This document shows positions 8,063 through 16,641 of a stretch of DNA of 64,000 bases, one piece after another. Within the stretch, counting starts at the first letter, position 1, and each line of letters opens with the position of its first letter. Position numbers and translations under genes: made by a program. The stretch covers positions 499,753 to 563,752 of the forward strand of contig CAVPCW010000011.1 of the NCBI GenBank assembly GCA_963702555.1. Reading direction: 5' to 3'. The stretch comes from an uncultured Actinomycetes bacterium (GTDB taxonomy: Bacteria; Actinomycetota; Acidimicrobiia; Acidimicrobiales; Acidimicrobilacustridaceae). Below the pieces are notes generated by a model. It was given only the letters and a program-made list of their open reading frames with translations, had not been told where the DNA came from and did no database searches.

Positions 8063-9357
8063 CGGGCGCGGGCCTCGGCCGATCGGGCGGGTTCGAGCCC
8101 CAGCAGTCCCCGGCGCACGATGAGACCGGCCGCGTCGACGGCCTGCTCCTCGGTGACGTACCCGAGCACCAGCATGCTGTAGGGAACCCTCTCGATGACC
8201 GACAGCAGCACGATGGCATCGACGGTCGAATCGCCGAAGCCGCGTCGGTTCACGATCCGCACCAGGCGGTCGAAGGCCACCGTGGCGATCCCGAGGGAGA
8301 ACTCCGCCAGCGCCGGATCGGATTGTCCGATCTCCTGCCAGGCGCTCAGGATGCCGCCGTTGTCGCTGTAGGTGGTGACCCACCGTTGCAGCCAGGAGCG
8401 AACGGCCGTCTCGCTCGCGTCGTCGGGGAAGTCGCCGAGCAGGTCGACCATCGCCGTCGCGGCGGTGGTGGCCAGCACCTGGAAGAGGTCGTCCTTGCTG
8501 TCGAAGTAGCGGTAGAAGCTGCCATGGGAGATGCCGGCCTCCTCGACGATGTCGTCGATGCGCGTCTCGTGGTAGCCGAGGATCGGCAGCACGGCACTCC
8601 CGGCCTGGAGCAGTTGGCCACGGGTCTGTTGGCCGCGTGGTCTCAGTGGCCTGGCCGCACGGTGATCCGGGGGCGACACCGGCCACTTCGGCACTCGCTT
8701 GGGCGGTGGCTTGACGACCGGTCCGACGTTGACGCCGGGGATCGTCCCGAACAGCAGTCGATGAAGCGACTGGGCGAGGCCATCGAGGAAGCGGCCGCGC
8801 GCGATCTGGCCGAGACCGAGACGCCAGTAGTGGATGGCCCTGAGCATGACCGAGACGGTGACGCTCGCCGTCGGTCGGCGGGCCACGTCGGGTCGATCGA
8901 GGTCCCGCAGGATCGCTTCACCGAGGCGCTCGCTGACGCTGCGCGACCCCTTCGCGGTGCGGGCCTGCTCGCGCATGGCCGCTTGGAAGGCGGCGAGGAG
9001 CGGGGCATAGGTGTCGCACAGGTCGACGACCTCGTCGAGCCAGACCCGCAAGGTGTCCACACCCGACGCATCCGGGTCGACGGTGCCCAGGCGATGGCTG
9101 ATGGCGTCCATCTCCTTCGCCATCTGGGCCGCGAGGCGCCAGAAGACGTCCTCCTTGCTGGCGAAGTACTGGTAGAACGCCGGTCGGGAGCAGCCGGCCG
9201 CCTTGGTGATGAGCTCGACGCGGGTTTCGTGGTAGCCCTTCTCGCCGAACACGTCGAGGGCGGCGTCGAGGATCCGCCGTTGGGTGGTCGCACCCCGTTC
9301 CCCGACGAGGGGGTTGTCCCCGAACGGCGAGCGCCGGGTCACGTCGACTGAATTCAC
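8059..9357 (-). CDS. Single-chain tandem TetR-family regulator (two HTH modules, ~432 aa; Mce3R-like architecture)
   Basis: This is the C-terminal part of the 1118-aa track ORF, with an in-frame GTG at 9357 (VNSVDVTRR). Two TetR_N modules are present: RRILDAALDVFGEKGYHETRVELITKAAGCSRPAFYQYFASKEDVF and RGQLLQAGSAVLPILGYHETRIDDIVEEAGISHGSFYRYFDSKDDLF. Confidence 0.8.
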   Translation of the reverse strand: MNSVDVTRRSPFGDNPLVGERGATTQRRILDAALDVFGEKGYHETRVELITKAAGCSRPAFYQYFASKEDVFWRLAAQMAKEMDAISHRLGTVDPDASGVDTLRVWLDEVVDLCDTYAPLLAAFQAAMREQARTAKGSRSVSERLGEAILRDLDRPDVARRPTASVTVSVMLRAIHYWRLGLGQIARGRFLDGLAQSLHRLLFGTIPGVNVGPVVKPPPKRVPKWPVSPPDHRAARPLRPRGQQTRGQLLQAGSAVLPILGYHETRIDDIVEEAGISHGSFYRYFDSKDDLFQVLATTAATAMVDLLGDFPDDASETAVRSWLQRWVTTYSDNGGILSAWQEIGQSDPALAEFSLGIATVAFDRLVRIVNRRGFGDSTVDAIVLLSVIERVPYSMLVLGYVTEEQAVDAAGLIVRRGLLGLEPARSAEARAR

Positions 9358-9434
9358 CGGGCGATCGTACCCGGGCCGAAACTGCAGCTCGGACGTCGGC
9401 GACCCTTCCTCGTCGTCGCGTCCGGCCGTCCGGT

Positions 9435-10175
9435 TCACGACGCGGGTGGTCGATCGATCACGGCGACGTCGTCGATGTGCGCCGGTGACTCGAGCACGTG
9501 CAGCACGGTGGCGGCGACGTCGTCGGGGCTCATGATGCCTTCGGAGCCGAGGACCCCCGAGGCCAGCCAACGTTCGGTGGCCGCCTCGATGGCGTCGGGG
9601 TCCCACGTCGTCGCGAAGTCGGTGTCGCCGGTGTTGCCGACCACGACCCGCGTGACGAGCAGGCCAGGGAACTCGAGGGGGAGGCATCGCATCAGCCCGT
9701 CGAGGGCGAACTTGGAGGTGGTGTAGAGGGCCAGGTCCGGGAACGGCCGGCGCACCGCCTTCGACGAGAGGATCACCAGCTGGCCTCCGCTGGCCACCAG
9801 GTGGGGGGCCGCTGCCGTGCTGACGAGGGCCGCGCCGATCACGTTGGTGTCGAAGACCTGGTGCCAGTCGGCCTGGGTGGCGTCGGCCATCGCCAGCAGC
9901 GGCGACATGCCGACGGTGTGCACGACGGCGTCGAGTCCTCCGAGCGCGGCGACGGCGCCATCGACCACCGCGGAGACGGAGGTCTCGTCGCGGACGTCGC
10001 CCGGAAGGGCGACCGTCCCGGGATGGGCGGCGACCAACTCGGCCAGTCGCTCCTCGCTGCGGGCGCTCACCGCCACCCTGGCCCCCCGGGAGGCGGCCAG
10101 GCGGGCCACCGCGGCGCCGATGCCGGACGAGGCCCCGACGACGAGGATGCGCTTGCCCGCAAGGATGTCGCTCAT
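9435..10175 (-). CDS. Short-chain dehydrogenase/reductase
   Basis: ORF 9435-10217; ATG 10175 is preceded by GGGGGAG. Starts MSDILAGKRILVVGASSGIG. It lies directly upstream of the TetR gene on the same strand. Confidence 0.85.
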   Translation of the reverse strand: MSDILAGKRILVVGASSGIGAAVARLAASRGARVAVSARSEERLAELVAAHPGTVALPGDVRDETSVSAVVDGAVAALGGLDAVVHTVGMSPLLAMADATQADWHQVFDTNVIGAALVSTAAAPHLVASGGQLVILSSKAVRRPFPDLALYTTSKFALDGLMRCLPLEFPGLLVTRVVVGNTGDTDFATTWDPDAIEAATERWLASGVLGSEGIMSPDDVAATVLHVLESPAHIDDVAVIDRPPAS

Positions 10176-10237
10176 CGAACTCCCCCAACTGAAGAAATCT
10201 GGTGGCTCGGCTTGCATCCCGCTCGCCGATCACTAAT

Positions 10238-10254
10238 CTAACACTTCTGTCACT
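10238..10254. promoter_or_regulatory. Candidate operator box TCTAACACTTCTGTCAC
   Basis: Lies in the relatively AT-rich divergent region between SDR-TetR (start 10175) and the amidohydrolase operon (start 10279). Confidence 0.55.
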
Positions 10255-10278
10255 TACCGAGTCGTGGGGGGCCATGAG

Positions 10279-11562
10279 ATGCAGGCAGAAGACCTGATCC
10301 TCGTCAGCGTCGACGACCACGTCGTCGAACCGCCGGACATGTTCGAGGGGCGTCTGTCGGCCAAGGCCGCGGCGCGCGCCCCGTTCGTGAAACGACTGGA
10401 CGACGGGCGCGACGTGTGGATGTTCGAGGGCAACGCCATGCCCAACGTCGGGCTCAACGCCGTGTCCGGTCGGGTGCCCGAGGAGTGGGGACTCGACGCG
10501 CTCTCCTTCGAGCAGATGCGCCCTGGCTGCTACGACATCCACGAGCGCATCCGCGACATGAACGTCAACGGCGTCCTCGGCTCCTTGAACTTCCCGAGCC
10601 TCACCGGGTTCGCCGGTCAGCTCTTCGCCACCTGCGACGACAGGGCCATCGGCCTGGAGCTCCTCCAGGCCTACAACGACTGGCACATCGACGAGTGGTG
10701 CGGCACCTATCCGGGGCGCATGATCCCCCTCACCATCCCACCGCTCTGGGACCCCGAGCTGATGGCGGCCGAGATCCGGCGCACCGCCGCGAAGGGGAGC
10801 CATGCCGTCACCTTCTCCGAGAACCCCGAGAAGCTCGGCTACCCCAGCTTCCACAGCGACCACTGGGACCCGTTCTGGCAGGCCTGTTGTGACACCGACA
10901 CCGTGGTGTGCATGCACATCGGGTCGTCCTCGACGCTGGTGTCCACGTCCTCCGATGCCCCTCTCGACACCCTCATCACCCTCCAGCCCATGAACATCGT
11001 CCTGTGCGCCGCCGACCTGCTGTGGTCGCCGGTGCTGCGCAAGTTCGACAAGCTGCGCGTCGCCCTCTCCGAAGGCGGCATCGGGTGGGTGCCCTACTTC
11101 CTGGAGCGGGTCGACTACACGTACCAGCACCACCACACCTGGACCAACCAGGACTTCGGCGGCAAGTTGCCGAGCCAGGTGTTCAACGAGCACATCCTCA
11201 CCTGCTTCATCGACGACGCCGCCGGCATGGAGGTGCGCCACCACCTCAACGGCGACCACATCATGTGGGAGTGCGACTATCCCCACTCCGACTCGACCTG
11301 GCCGAATGCACCCGAGATGGCATGGAAGTACCTGCACGGCCTGCCCGAGGACGAGATCCACAAGATCACCCACCTGAACGCCATGCGGGCCTTCTCGTTC
11401 GATGCCTTCTCCCACGTCCCGCGTGAGGAGGCGACCGCCGGCGCCCTGCGAGCCCAGGCCGCGGACGTCGACACGACGCTCGTCAGCTACGGGACCGGCA
11501 AGTTCCAGGACGAGGGCCTGGTGACCACCATGTCCCTCGTGCAGCGGATGGCGAACCGGTAG
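10279..11562 (+). CDS. Amidohydrolase_2 family protein
   Basis: ORF 10264-11562; ATG 10279 lies behind a G-run RBS. Motifs VSVDDHVVEPPDMF and WECDYPHSDSTWP. Confidence 0.85.
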   Translation: MQAEDLILVSVDDHVVEPPDMFEGRLSAKAAARAPFVKRLDDGRDVWMFEGNAMPNVGLNAVSGRVPEEWGLDALSFEQMRPGCYDIHERIRDMNVNGVLGSLNFPSLTGFAGQLFATCDDRAIGLELLQAYNDWHIDEWCGTYPGRMIPLTIPPLWDPELMAAEIRRTAAKGSHAVTFSENPEKLGYPSFHSDHWDPFWQACCDTDTVVCMHIGSSSTLVSTSSDAPLDTLITLQPMNIVLCAADLLWSPVLRKFDKLRVALSEGGIGWVPYFLERVDYTYQHHHTWTNQDFGGKLPSQVFNEHILTCFIDDAAGMEVRHHLNGDHIMWECDYPHSDSTWPNAPEMAWKYLHGLPEDEIHKITHLNAMRAFSFDAFSHVPREEATAGALRAQAADVDTTLVSYGTGKFQDEGLVTTMSLVQRMANR

Positions 11563-11632
11563 GCGACGCCGGGTCGGCCGTCGCGGCCCGAACCCGTCCG
11601 CTGCCGCCCCGCCAGATCAAGGACCACGACCG

Positions 11633-12043
11633 ATGACCGATCTCCCCTTCCGCGCCCTCCCCACGTTGGACGAGACCAACGAGTTCTTCTGGACGTCGGG
11701 GGCGGACGGACGGCTGCGCCTCCTGCGCTGCCAGAGTTGCGGGTACTTCCTTCACCCACCGGGACCGCGCTGCCCCGCCTGCGGTGGCCTCGAGCTCGCT
11801 CCCGAGGCCGTGAGCGGTCGAGCGGTCGTGCTCACCTACACCGTGAACCACCAGCCCTGGGTCGGCCCGGCCGATCCCTACGTCATCGCCATCGTCGGTC
11901 TGCCCGAGCAGGACGACCTGCGGCTCACCACCAACATCGTCGGCACCGACGTCGGCGACGTCACGATCGGCATGGGCGTGCAGGTCGTGTTCGAGCACCA
12001 GGGCGACGTGTGGCTGCCACTCTTCGAGAGGGTCACGTCGTGA
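11633..12043 (+). CDS. DUF35 Zn-ribbon/OB-fold protein (thiolase-like partner)
   Basis: 136 aa. It has the rubredoxin-like CQSCGYFLHPPGPRCPACG followed by an OB-fold-like segment. Its stop overlaps the next start (GTGA at 12040-12043). Confidence 0.85.
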   Translation: MTDLPFRALPTLDETNEFFWTSGADGRLRLLRCQSCGYFLHPPGPRCPACGGLELAPEAVSGRAVVLTYTVNHQPWVGPADPYVIAIVGLPEQDDLRLTTNIVGTDVGDVTIGMGVQVVFEHQGDVWLPLFERVTS

Positions 12044-13224
12044 CGGACTTCGAGCGGCGCTCGATCATCTCCGGCATCGGGCAGTCCGACATCGGCCGGC
12101 GCCTCAACCGCACCGGTCTCGATCTCACCGTCCAGGCCGCTCTCGTCGCCGTGGCCGACGCCGGACTCACCCTGGCCGACATCGACGGCATCGCGACCTA
12201 CCCGGGAGGGGTGGGCGGGGCCGGAGCGGGTTTCGCCGGCCCGGGCACGCCGGAGGTGCAGGAGGCCCTGCGCCTCGAGGTCAACTGGCACACCGGCGGC
12301 ATCGAGGGCGCAGCCCAGCTCGCGGCGGTCGTGAACGCGGTGATGGCGGTGGGTGCGGGCCTGGCCAACCACGTGCTCGTGTACCGCACGGTGACCGAGG
12401 CGACGGCGCAGGGTTCCGGTGGGCGCCAGGGCATCGGCGGGGGCGGTGGCGGCATCAGCGGTTCGATGCAGTGGAACATCCCGTTCCGCGCCTACTCGGC
12501 GGCGAACTGGCTGGCCATGAACGCCCAGCGGCACTTCCACGAGTACGGCACCACCCGTGAGCAGCTCGGCATGATCGCGGTGACGGCCCGTCGCAACGCC
12601 GGGCTGAACCCGAACGCGATCTACCGCGATCCGATGACGCTCGACGACTACCTCGCGGCGCGCATGATCACGACGCCGTTCGGGCTCTTCGACTGCGATG
12701 TCCCGGTCGACGGGTCGACCGCGCTCATCGTGTCGAGGGCCGACCACGCCGCCGACGTCGACCATCCCGTGGCCCGCGTCGAGGCGGTCGGGACGGCGCT
12801 GCGCGGCCGCCCGTCCTGGGACCAGTTCGACGATCTGACCACCATGGCGGCCCGCGACGCCGGTGCCCACCTCTGGACTCGGACCGACCTGACCCCGGCG
12901 GACGTCGACATCGTCGAGCTCTACGACGGCTTCAGCTTCCTGGCCATGGTGTGGCTCGAGGCCCTCGGCTTCTGCGGCAAGGGCGAGGCCGGTCCCTTCG
13001 TCGAAGGGGGAGCGCGCATCGCCCTCGACGGCGAGCTGCCCCTCAACACCCACGGAGGCCAGCTGTCCGCCGGCCGCCTCCACGGGTTCGGGTTCATCCA
13101 CGAGGCCTGCCTCCAGCTCCGGGGCGATGCCGGTGAGCGGCAGGTCGCTGACGTCGAGGTGGCGGCCGTGGGCAACGGCGGCGGCCCGATCGCCGGTGCG
13201 CTGCTGCTCTCCCGGGAGAGTTGA
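12040..13224 (+). CDS. Thiolase-like lipid-transfer protein (SCP-x/Ltp family), lacking the nucleophilic cysteine
   Basis: In-frame GTG at 12040 within track ORF 11737-13224. The thiolase fold is recognisable (NTHGGQLSAG, GFGFIHEA). Where thiolases carry C(A/G)SG, the sequence reads GGIEGAAQL. Confidence 0.8.
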   Translation: MTDFERRSIISGIGQSDIGRRLNRTGLDLTVQAALVAVADAGLTLADIDGIATYPGGVGGAGAGFAGPGTPEVQEALRLEVNWHTGGIEGAAQLAAVVNAVMAVGAGLANHVLVYRTVTEATAQGSGGRQGIGGGGGGISGSMQWNIPFRAYSAANWLAMNAQRHFHEYGTTREQLGMIAVTARRNAGLNPNAIYRDPMTLDDYLAARMITTPFGLFDCDVPVDGSTALIVSRADHAADVDHPVARVEAVGTALRGRPSWDQFDDLTTMAARDAGAHLWTRTDLTPADVDIVELYDGFSFLAMVWLEALGFCGKGEAGPFVEGGARIALDGELPLNTHGGQLSAGRLHGFGFIHEACLQLRGDAGERQVADVEVAAVGNGGGPIAGALLLSRES

Positions 13225-13236
13225 GGTCGGGGTCGA

Positions 13237-14526
13237 ATGAACGGCTCTCCGGGTGGAGCGCTCGGTGACGAACTCGGCGAGTGGCTGGCCGCGAACTGGT
13301 CGCCGGAGTCGACCGTGCGCGCCTGGTGGGCGCGTCTGAGCAGTGCTGGTTGGGCGATGCCCACCTGGCCCGCTGGTCTCGGCGGTCGGGCCCTGGGCGC
13401 CGCCGATGCCCGCCTCGTGGCCAGGGCCCTCGCCAGTGCCGGTGTGGTGGGGCCGCCGACCGGCGTGGGCCAGACGATGGGCGGGCCGACGGTGCTGGCG
13501 CACGGGCGACGGGAGCAGATCGACGCCCTCGTCCCTGCCCTGGCCGACGGCACGGAGGCGTGGTGCCAGTTGTTCTCGGAGCCAGGGGCAGGGTCGGACC
13601 TCGCCGGGCTGGCGACGTCGGCCGTGCGCGACGGCGACGAGTGGGTCGTGAACGGACAGAAGGTGTGGAACTCGGGAGCGCATCTCGCGAGCCGCGGGCT
13701 CCTGTTGGCGCGCACCGACCCGTGGGTGCCCAAGCACGAGGGGATCAGCTACTTCGTCATCGACATGGAGCAGCCGGGGATCGAGGTGCGGCCGTTGCGG
13801 CAGATGAACGGCGAGTCGGAGTTCTGCGAGGTGTTCCTGACCGACGCCCGAGTGCGGACCGATCGCATGCTCGGTGACCCTGGCGAGGGCTGGAGCATCG
13901 CCCAGACCACCCTCGCGTTCGAACGGGCGGGGGTGGCGTCGTCCGGTGGGCCGACGGTGACCGTCGTGCCGGGGTCGATCGCCGGCCATCTGGACAGGAC
14001 GTGTGCCGAGGTCCTCGCCGATGCCCGTCGCTCCCCGCGTCGCGCCGTCAGTGGCTTCGTGGTCGGGAACGGCCCGCTCCGGGGTCTGGCCCGGGAGGCG
14101 GGACGGGCGAGCGACCCGCTCGTCCGCCAGCACCTGGCCGCCTTCACGTCGGGGACCGAGGTCAACCGGCTCAACGGCCTGCGCGGCCGAGCCGCGGTCT
14201 CCCGCACCGGTCGACCCGGGCCCGAGGGATCGATCGGCAAGCTGGCCATGTCGAACATCGCCCGACGGTCCCGTGACCTCACCTTCTCGCTCCTCGGGGC
14301 CGAGGGCATGTTGGCAGGGGACGACGCCCCGGGCGACGGCGCCTACGTCGACGTGGCTCTCGCCAGCTTCGGTGCCAGCCTCGGGGGTGGCACCGACGAG
14401 ATCCAGCGCAACGTGATCGGTGAACGCACACTGGGTCTCCCACGCGAGCCGCAGGTCGACCGGGGTCGGCCGTTCGCCGACTCGACGCGAGCTGGTGCCG
14501 ACGCGGTGCCGGAGGAGGCAGGATGA
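13237..14526 (+). CDS. Acyl-CoA dehydrogenase
   Basis: 429 aa. Motifs FSEPGAGSDLAG, VVNGQKVWNS and GGGTDEIQRNVIGERTLGLPRE. Confidence 0.85.
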   Translation: MNGSPGGALGDELGEWLAANWSPESTVRAWWARLSSAGWAMPTWPAGLGGRALGAADARLVARALASAGVVGPPTGVGQTMGGPTVLAHGRREQIDALVPALADGTEAWCQLFSEPGAGSDLAGLATSAVRDGDEWVVNGQKVWNSGAHLASRGLLLARTDPWVPKHEGISYFVIDMEQPGIEVRPLRQMNGESEFCEVFLTDARVRTDRMLGDPGEGWSIAQTTLAFERAGVASSGGPTVTVVPGSIAGHLDRTCAEVLADARRSPRRAVSGFVVGNGPLRGLAREAGRASDPLVRQHLAAFTSGTEVNRLNGLRGRAAVSRTGRPGPEGSIGKLAMSNIARRSRDLTFSLLGAEGMLAGDDAPGDGAYVDVALASFGASLGGGTDEIQRNVIGERTLGLPREPQVDRGRPFADSTRAGADAVPEEAG

Positions 14527-15005
14527 CCGGCGGCGGCACGGAACGGCGCGGCGTGCGCATGACCGAGGACGAGGCGTGGGCCTTCCTCACCGATGCCCAC
14601 ACCGGCATCCTCACGACCTTGCGTCGTGACGGGTCACCGATCGCCCTGCCCGTCTGGTTCGCCGTGCTCGACCGGCGGATCTACGTCGTCACCCGTGGCA
14701 AGAAGGTGCTGCGGGTGCAGAACGACCCGCGTTGCTCGTTCCTGGTCGAGTCGGGTGAGCGATGGGCCGAGCTCATGGCGGTGCACGTCAGTTGCGAGGG
14801 CCGGGTGGTCGACTCCCTCGATACCGACCTGTCGTCGCGCCTGCGGTCCGAGATCGCCCGGAAGTACGCGTCGTACCGCACCGTCCCCCGTGCCATGCCC
14901 GACGCCACCCGCGCCCACTACGCAGAGGCCGCCGGCGCCACCATCGAGCTCACGCCGCACGGCCGCCTCCTCAACTGGGACAACAACCGGCTGGGCTCGG
15001 GCTGA
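14523..15005 (+). CDS. Pyridoxamine 5'-phosphate oxidase-family (FMN/F420-binding split-barrel) protein
   Basis: 160 aa. ATGA overlap with the preceding ACAD stop. The sequence AWAFLTDAHTGILTTLRRDGSPIALPVWF is typical of PPOX-class proteins. An alternative start exists at 14559. Confidence 0.7.
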   Translation: MTGGGTERRGVRMTEDEAWAFLTDAHTGILTTLRRDGSPIALPVWFAVLDRRIYVVTRGKKVLRVQNDPRCSFLVESGERWAELMAVHVSCEGRVVDSLDTDLSSRLRSEIARKYASYRTVPRAMPDATRAHYAEAAGATIELTPHGRLLNWDNNRLGSG

Positions 15006-15044
15006 CGTTTCCGTCGGCGGGAGCGGCGGCAGGCACCCTCACGG

Positions 15045-15061
15045 CTGACGGACCGGTCAGA
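15045..15061. other. Box-like palindrome CTGACGGACCGGTCAGA at a convergent gene junction
   Basis: It matches the operator pattern but lies between two gene ends and overlaps the ligase stop codon at 15057-15059. It could instead act as a small terminator hairpin. Confidence 0.25.
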
Positions 15062-16628
15062 TCGAGCGGTCGTGGCCCTCCCAGTACGGGGCACGCAGCA
15101 CTCGCTTCTGCAGCTTGCCGCTCGGCAGGCGAGGCAGGTGCTCGACGACGTCGATGCGGCGGGGCATCTTGAAACGGGCCACCCGCCCGGCACAGTGCTC
15201 CAGGATGGCCGCGGTGGTGGCGTCGCCGGGCTCGACGCCCTCGGCCAACTCGACGATGGCCAGCACCGACTCGCCGCGATCCTCGTCGGGGACGCCGATC
15301 ACGGCGGCGTCACCGACCAGCGGACACTCCAGGAGGGCGCTCTCGACCTCGGCGGGGTAGATGTTGACACCGGCCGAGATGATCATGTCGACGCTGCGGT
15401 CCTTGAGGAAGAGGTAGCCGTCCTCGTCGAGCAGGCCGACATCGCCGAGCGTGACCCAGTCACCCCGCCGCATCCGGGTCGTCTTCTCGGGGTCCTTGAA
15501 GTACTCGGCGACCGGGGCGTTCCGGTTCTCGATGTAGATCGTGCCGGTCTCGCCGGGACCGCACTCGACGTCGTCCTCACCCACGACGTGGACGGTGACG
15601 CCGTGGATCGCCCGCCCGACGGTGCCGGGCTTCTGGAGCCAGCGCCGCGGGGTGGCGATGGTCGCGACCGACTCCGTGCCGCCGTAGGTCTCGTAGACGA
15701 CCGGGCCGAACCACTCCATGAACCGGGTCTTCACGGGCACCGGGCAGGGGGCACCTGTGTGCATGACGCTGGTGACGCTGCTCACGTCGTAGCGGGCCCG
15801 CACGTCGGCGGGAAGGGCGAGCAGGCGGTGGAACATCGTCGGCACCATCTGGGTGCTCGTCACCCGGTGCTCCTGGACGAGGGCGAGGCAGGCCTCGGGC
15901 TCCCAGCGGTCCATGAGCACGATGGTGTTGCCCGCGTGCAGGCTGCTCGTGGCTGATGACGACGGCCCTGCGTGGTAGAGCGGGCCGCACACCAGGTGCA
16001 CGCCCGGCCCGGGCTCGATTCCGAAGCCGGTGCAGTAGACGTGAGCGGTGCGGCCGAGCACGACGTCGGCCTCCTCCTCGGGGAGCGGGCGGCGCACGCC
16101 CTTCGGCCGCCCGGTGGTTCCCGAGGTGTACATCATCGTCGTCCCGGCCCCGAGGGCCGGCGGGAGGTGCGGCGCGGCGCGGCCGCGGGTGACCAGCTCG
16201 CTCAGTGGCGGCAGGTCGGTGGCGTCGGGGTCGGCGAAGCACATGCGTGGGTCGAGCGAGGCCTCCCGGATGGCCGGTCGGCACAGCTCGGCGGTCGAGG
16301 CGTGCACGATCAGCGCGCGTGCGTCCGAGTCCGCAACGATGTGGGCGACCTCCGGCGCGGCGAGGTGGGTGTTGACGGGGACGACGTACAGCCCGACCCG
16401 CATCCCCGCGAGGTGGGCGACGAACCAGTTCGTCACGTTCGGCATCACGACGGCCAGGCCGTCGCCGCGCCGGAGCCCGAGATCCCGCAGGCCACGCGCC
16501 ACGGCATCGGACACCTCGTGCATCTCACCGAAGGTCGTGACGGTTCCGTTGCCGTCGATCACCGCGGGTCGGTCCGGGTCGGCGGCGGCCACGCTCCAGA
16601 ACCCGCCCGGCCCGACAGCGTCGGTCAT
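15057..16628 (-). CDS. AMP-dependent acyl-CoA synthetase (FadD-like)
   Basis: 523 aa. Motifs YTSGTTGRPKGV and YGGTE, with a C-terminal PRLPSGK. Confidence 0.9.
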   Translation of the reverse strand: MTDAVGPGGFWSVAAADPDRPAVIDGNGTVTTFGEMHEVSDAVARGLRDLGLRRGDGLAVVMPNVTNWFVAHLAGMRVGLYVVPVNTHLAAPEVAHIVADSDARALIVHASTAELCRPAIREASLDPRMCFADPDATDLPPLSELVTRGRAAPHLPPALGAGTTMMYTSGTTGRPKGVRRPLPEEEADVVLGRTAHVYCTGFGIEPGPGVHLVCGPLYHAGPSSSATSSLHAGNTIVLMDRWEPEACLALVQEHRVTSTQMVPTMFHRLLALPADVRARYDVSSVTSVMHTGAPCPVPVKTRFMEWFGPVVYETYGGTESVATIATPRRWLQKPGTVGRAIHGVTVHVVGEDDVECGPGETGTIYIENRNAPVAEYFKDPEKTTRMRRGDWVTLGDVGLLDEDGYLFLKDRSVDMIISAGVNIYPAEVESALLECPLVGDAAVIGVPDEDRGESVLAIVELAEGVEPGDATTAAILEHCAGRVARFKMPRRIDVVEHLPRLPSGKLQKRVLRAPYWEGHDRSI

Positions 16629-16641
16629 CGCCGAGGCCCGA

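Noticed and set aside
8059-11415. 1118-aa minus-strand ORF suggesting a giant protein
   Set aside because: Only the C-terminal 432 aa (from GTG 9357) look like a real protein, the tandem TetR. The upstream 686 aa are Arg/Gly/His/Pro-rich, run antisense to the well-supported amidohydrolase gene 10279-11562, and overlap SDR 9435-10175. This is a typical stop-free shadow frame in GC-rich DNA.
11878-14133. 751-aa minus-strand ORF. The same applies to 21965-23770 (-), 24047-26335 (+), 27454-29157 (-), 42718-44403 (-), 44676-46292 (-), 15072-17598 (+) and 47870-49258 (-).
   Set aside because: All lie antisense to genes with strong family signatures and have the Arg/Gly/Asp/His-rich composition of GC-driven shadow ORFs.
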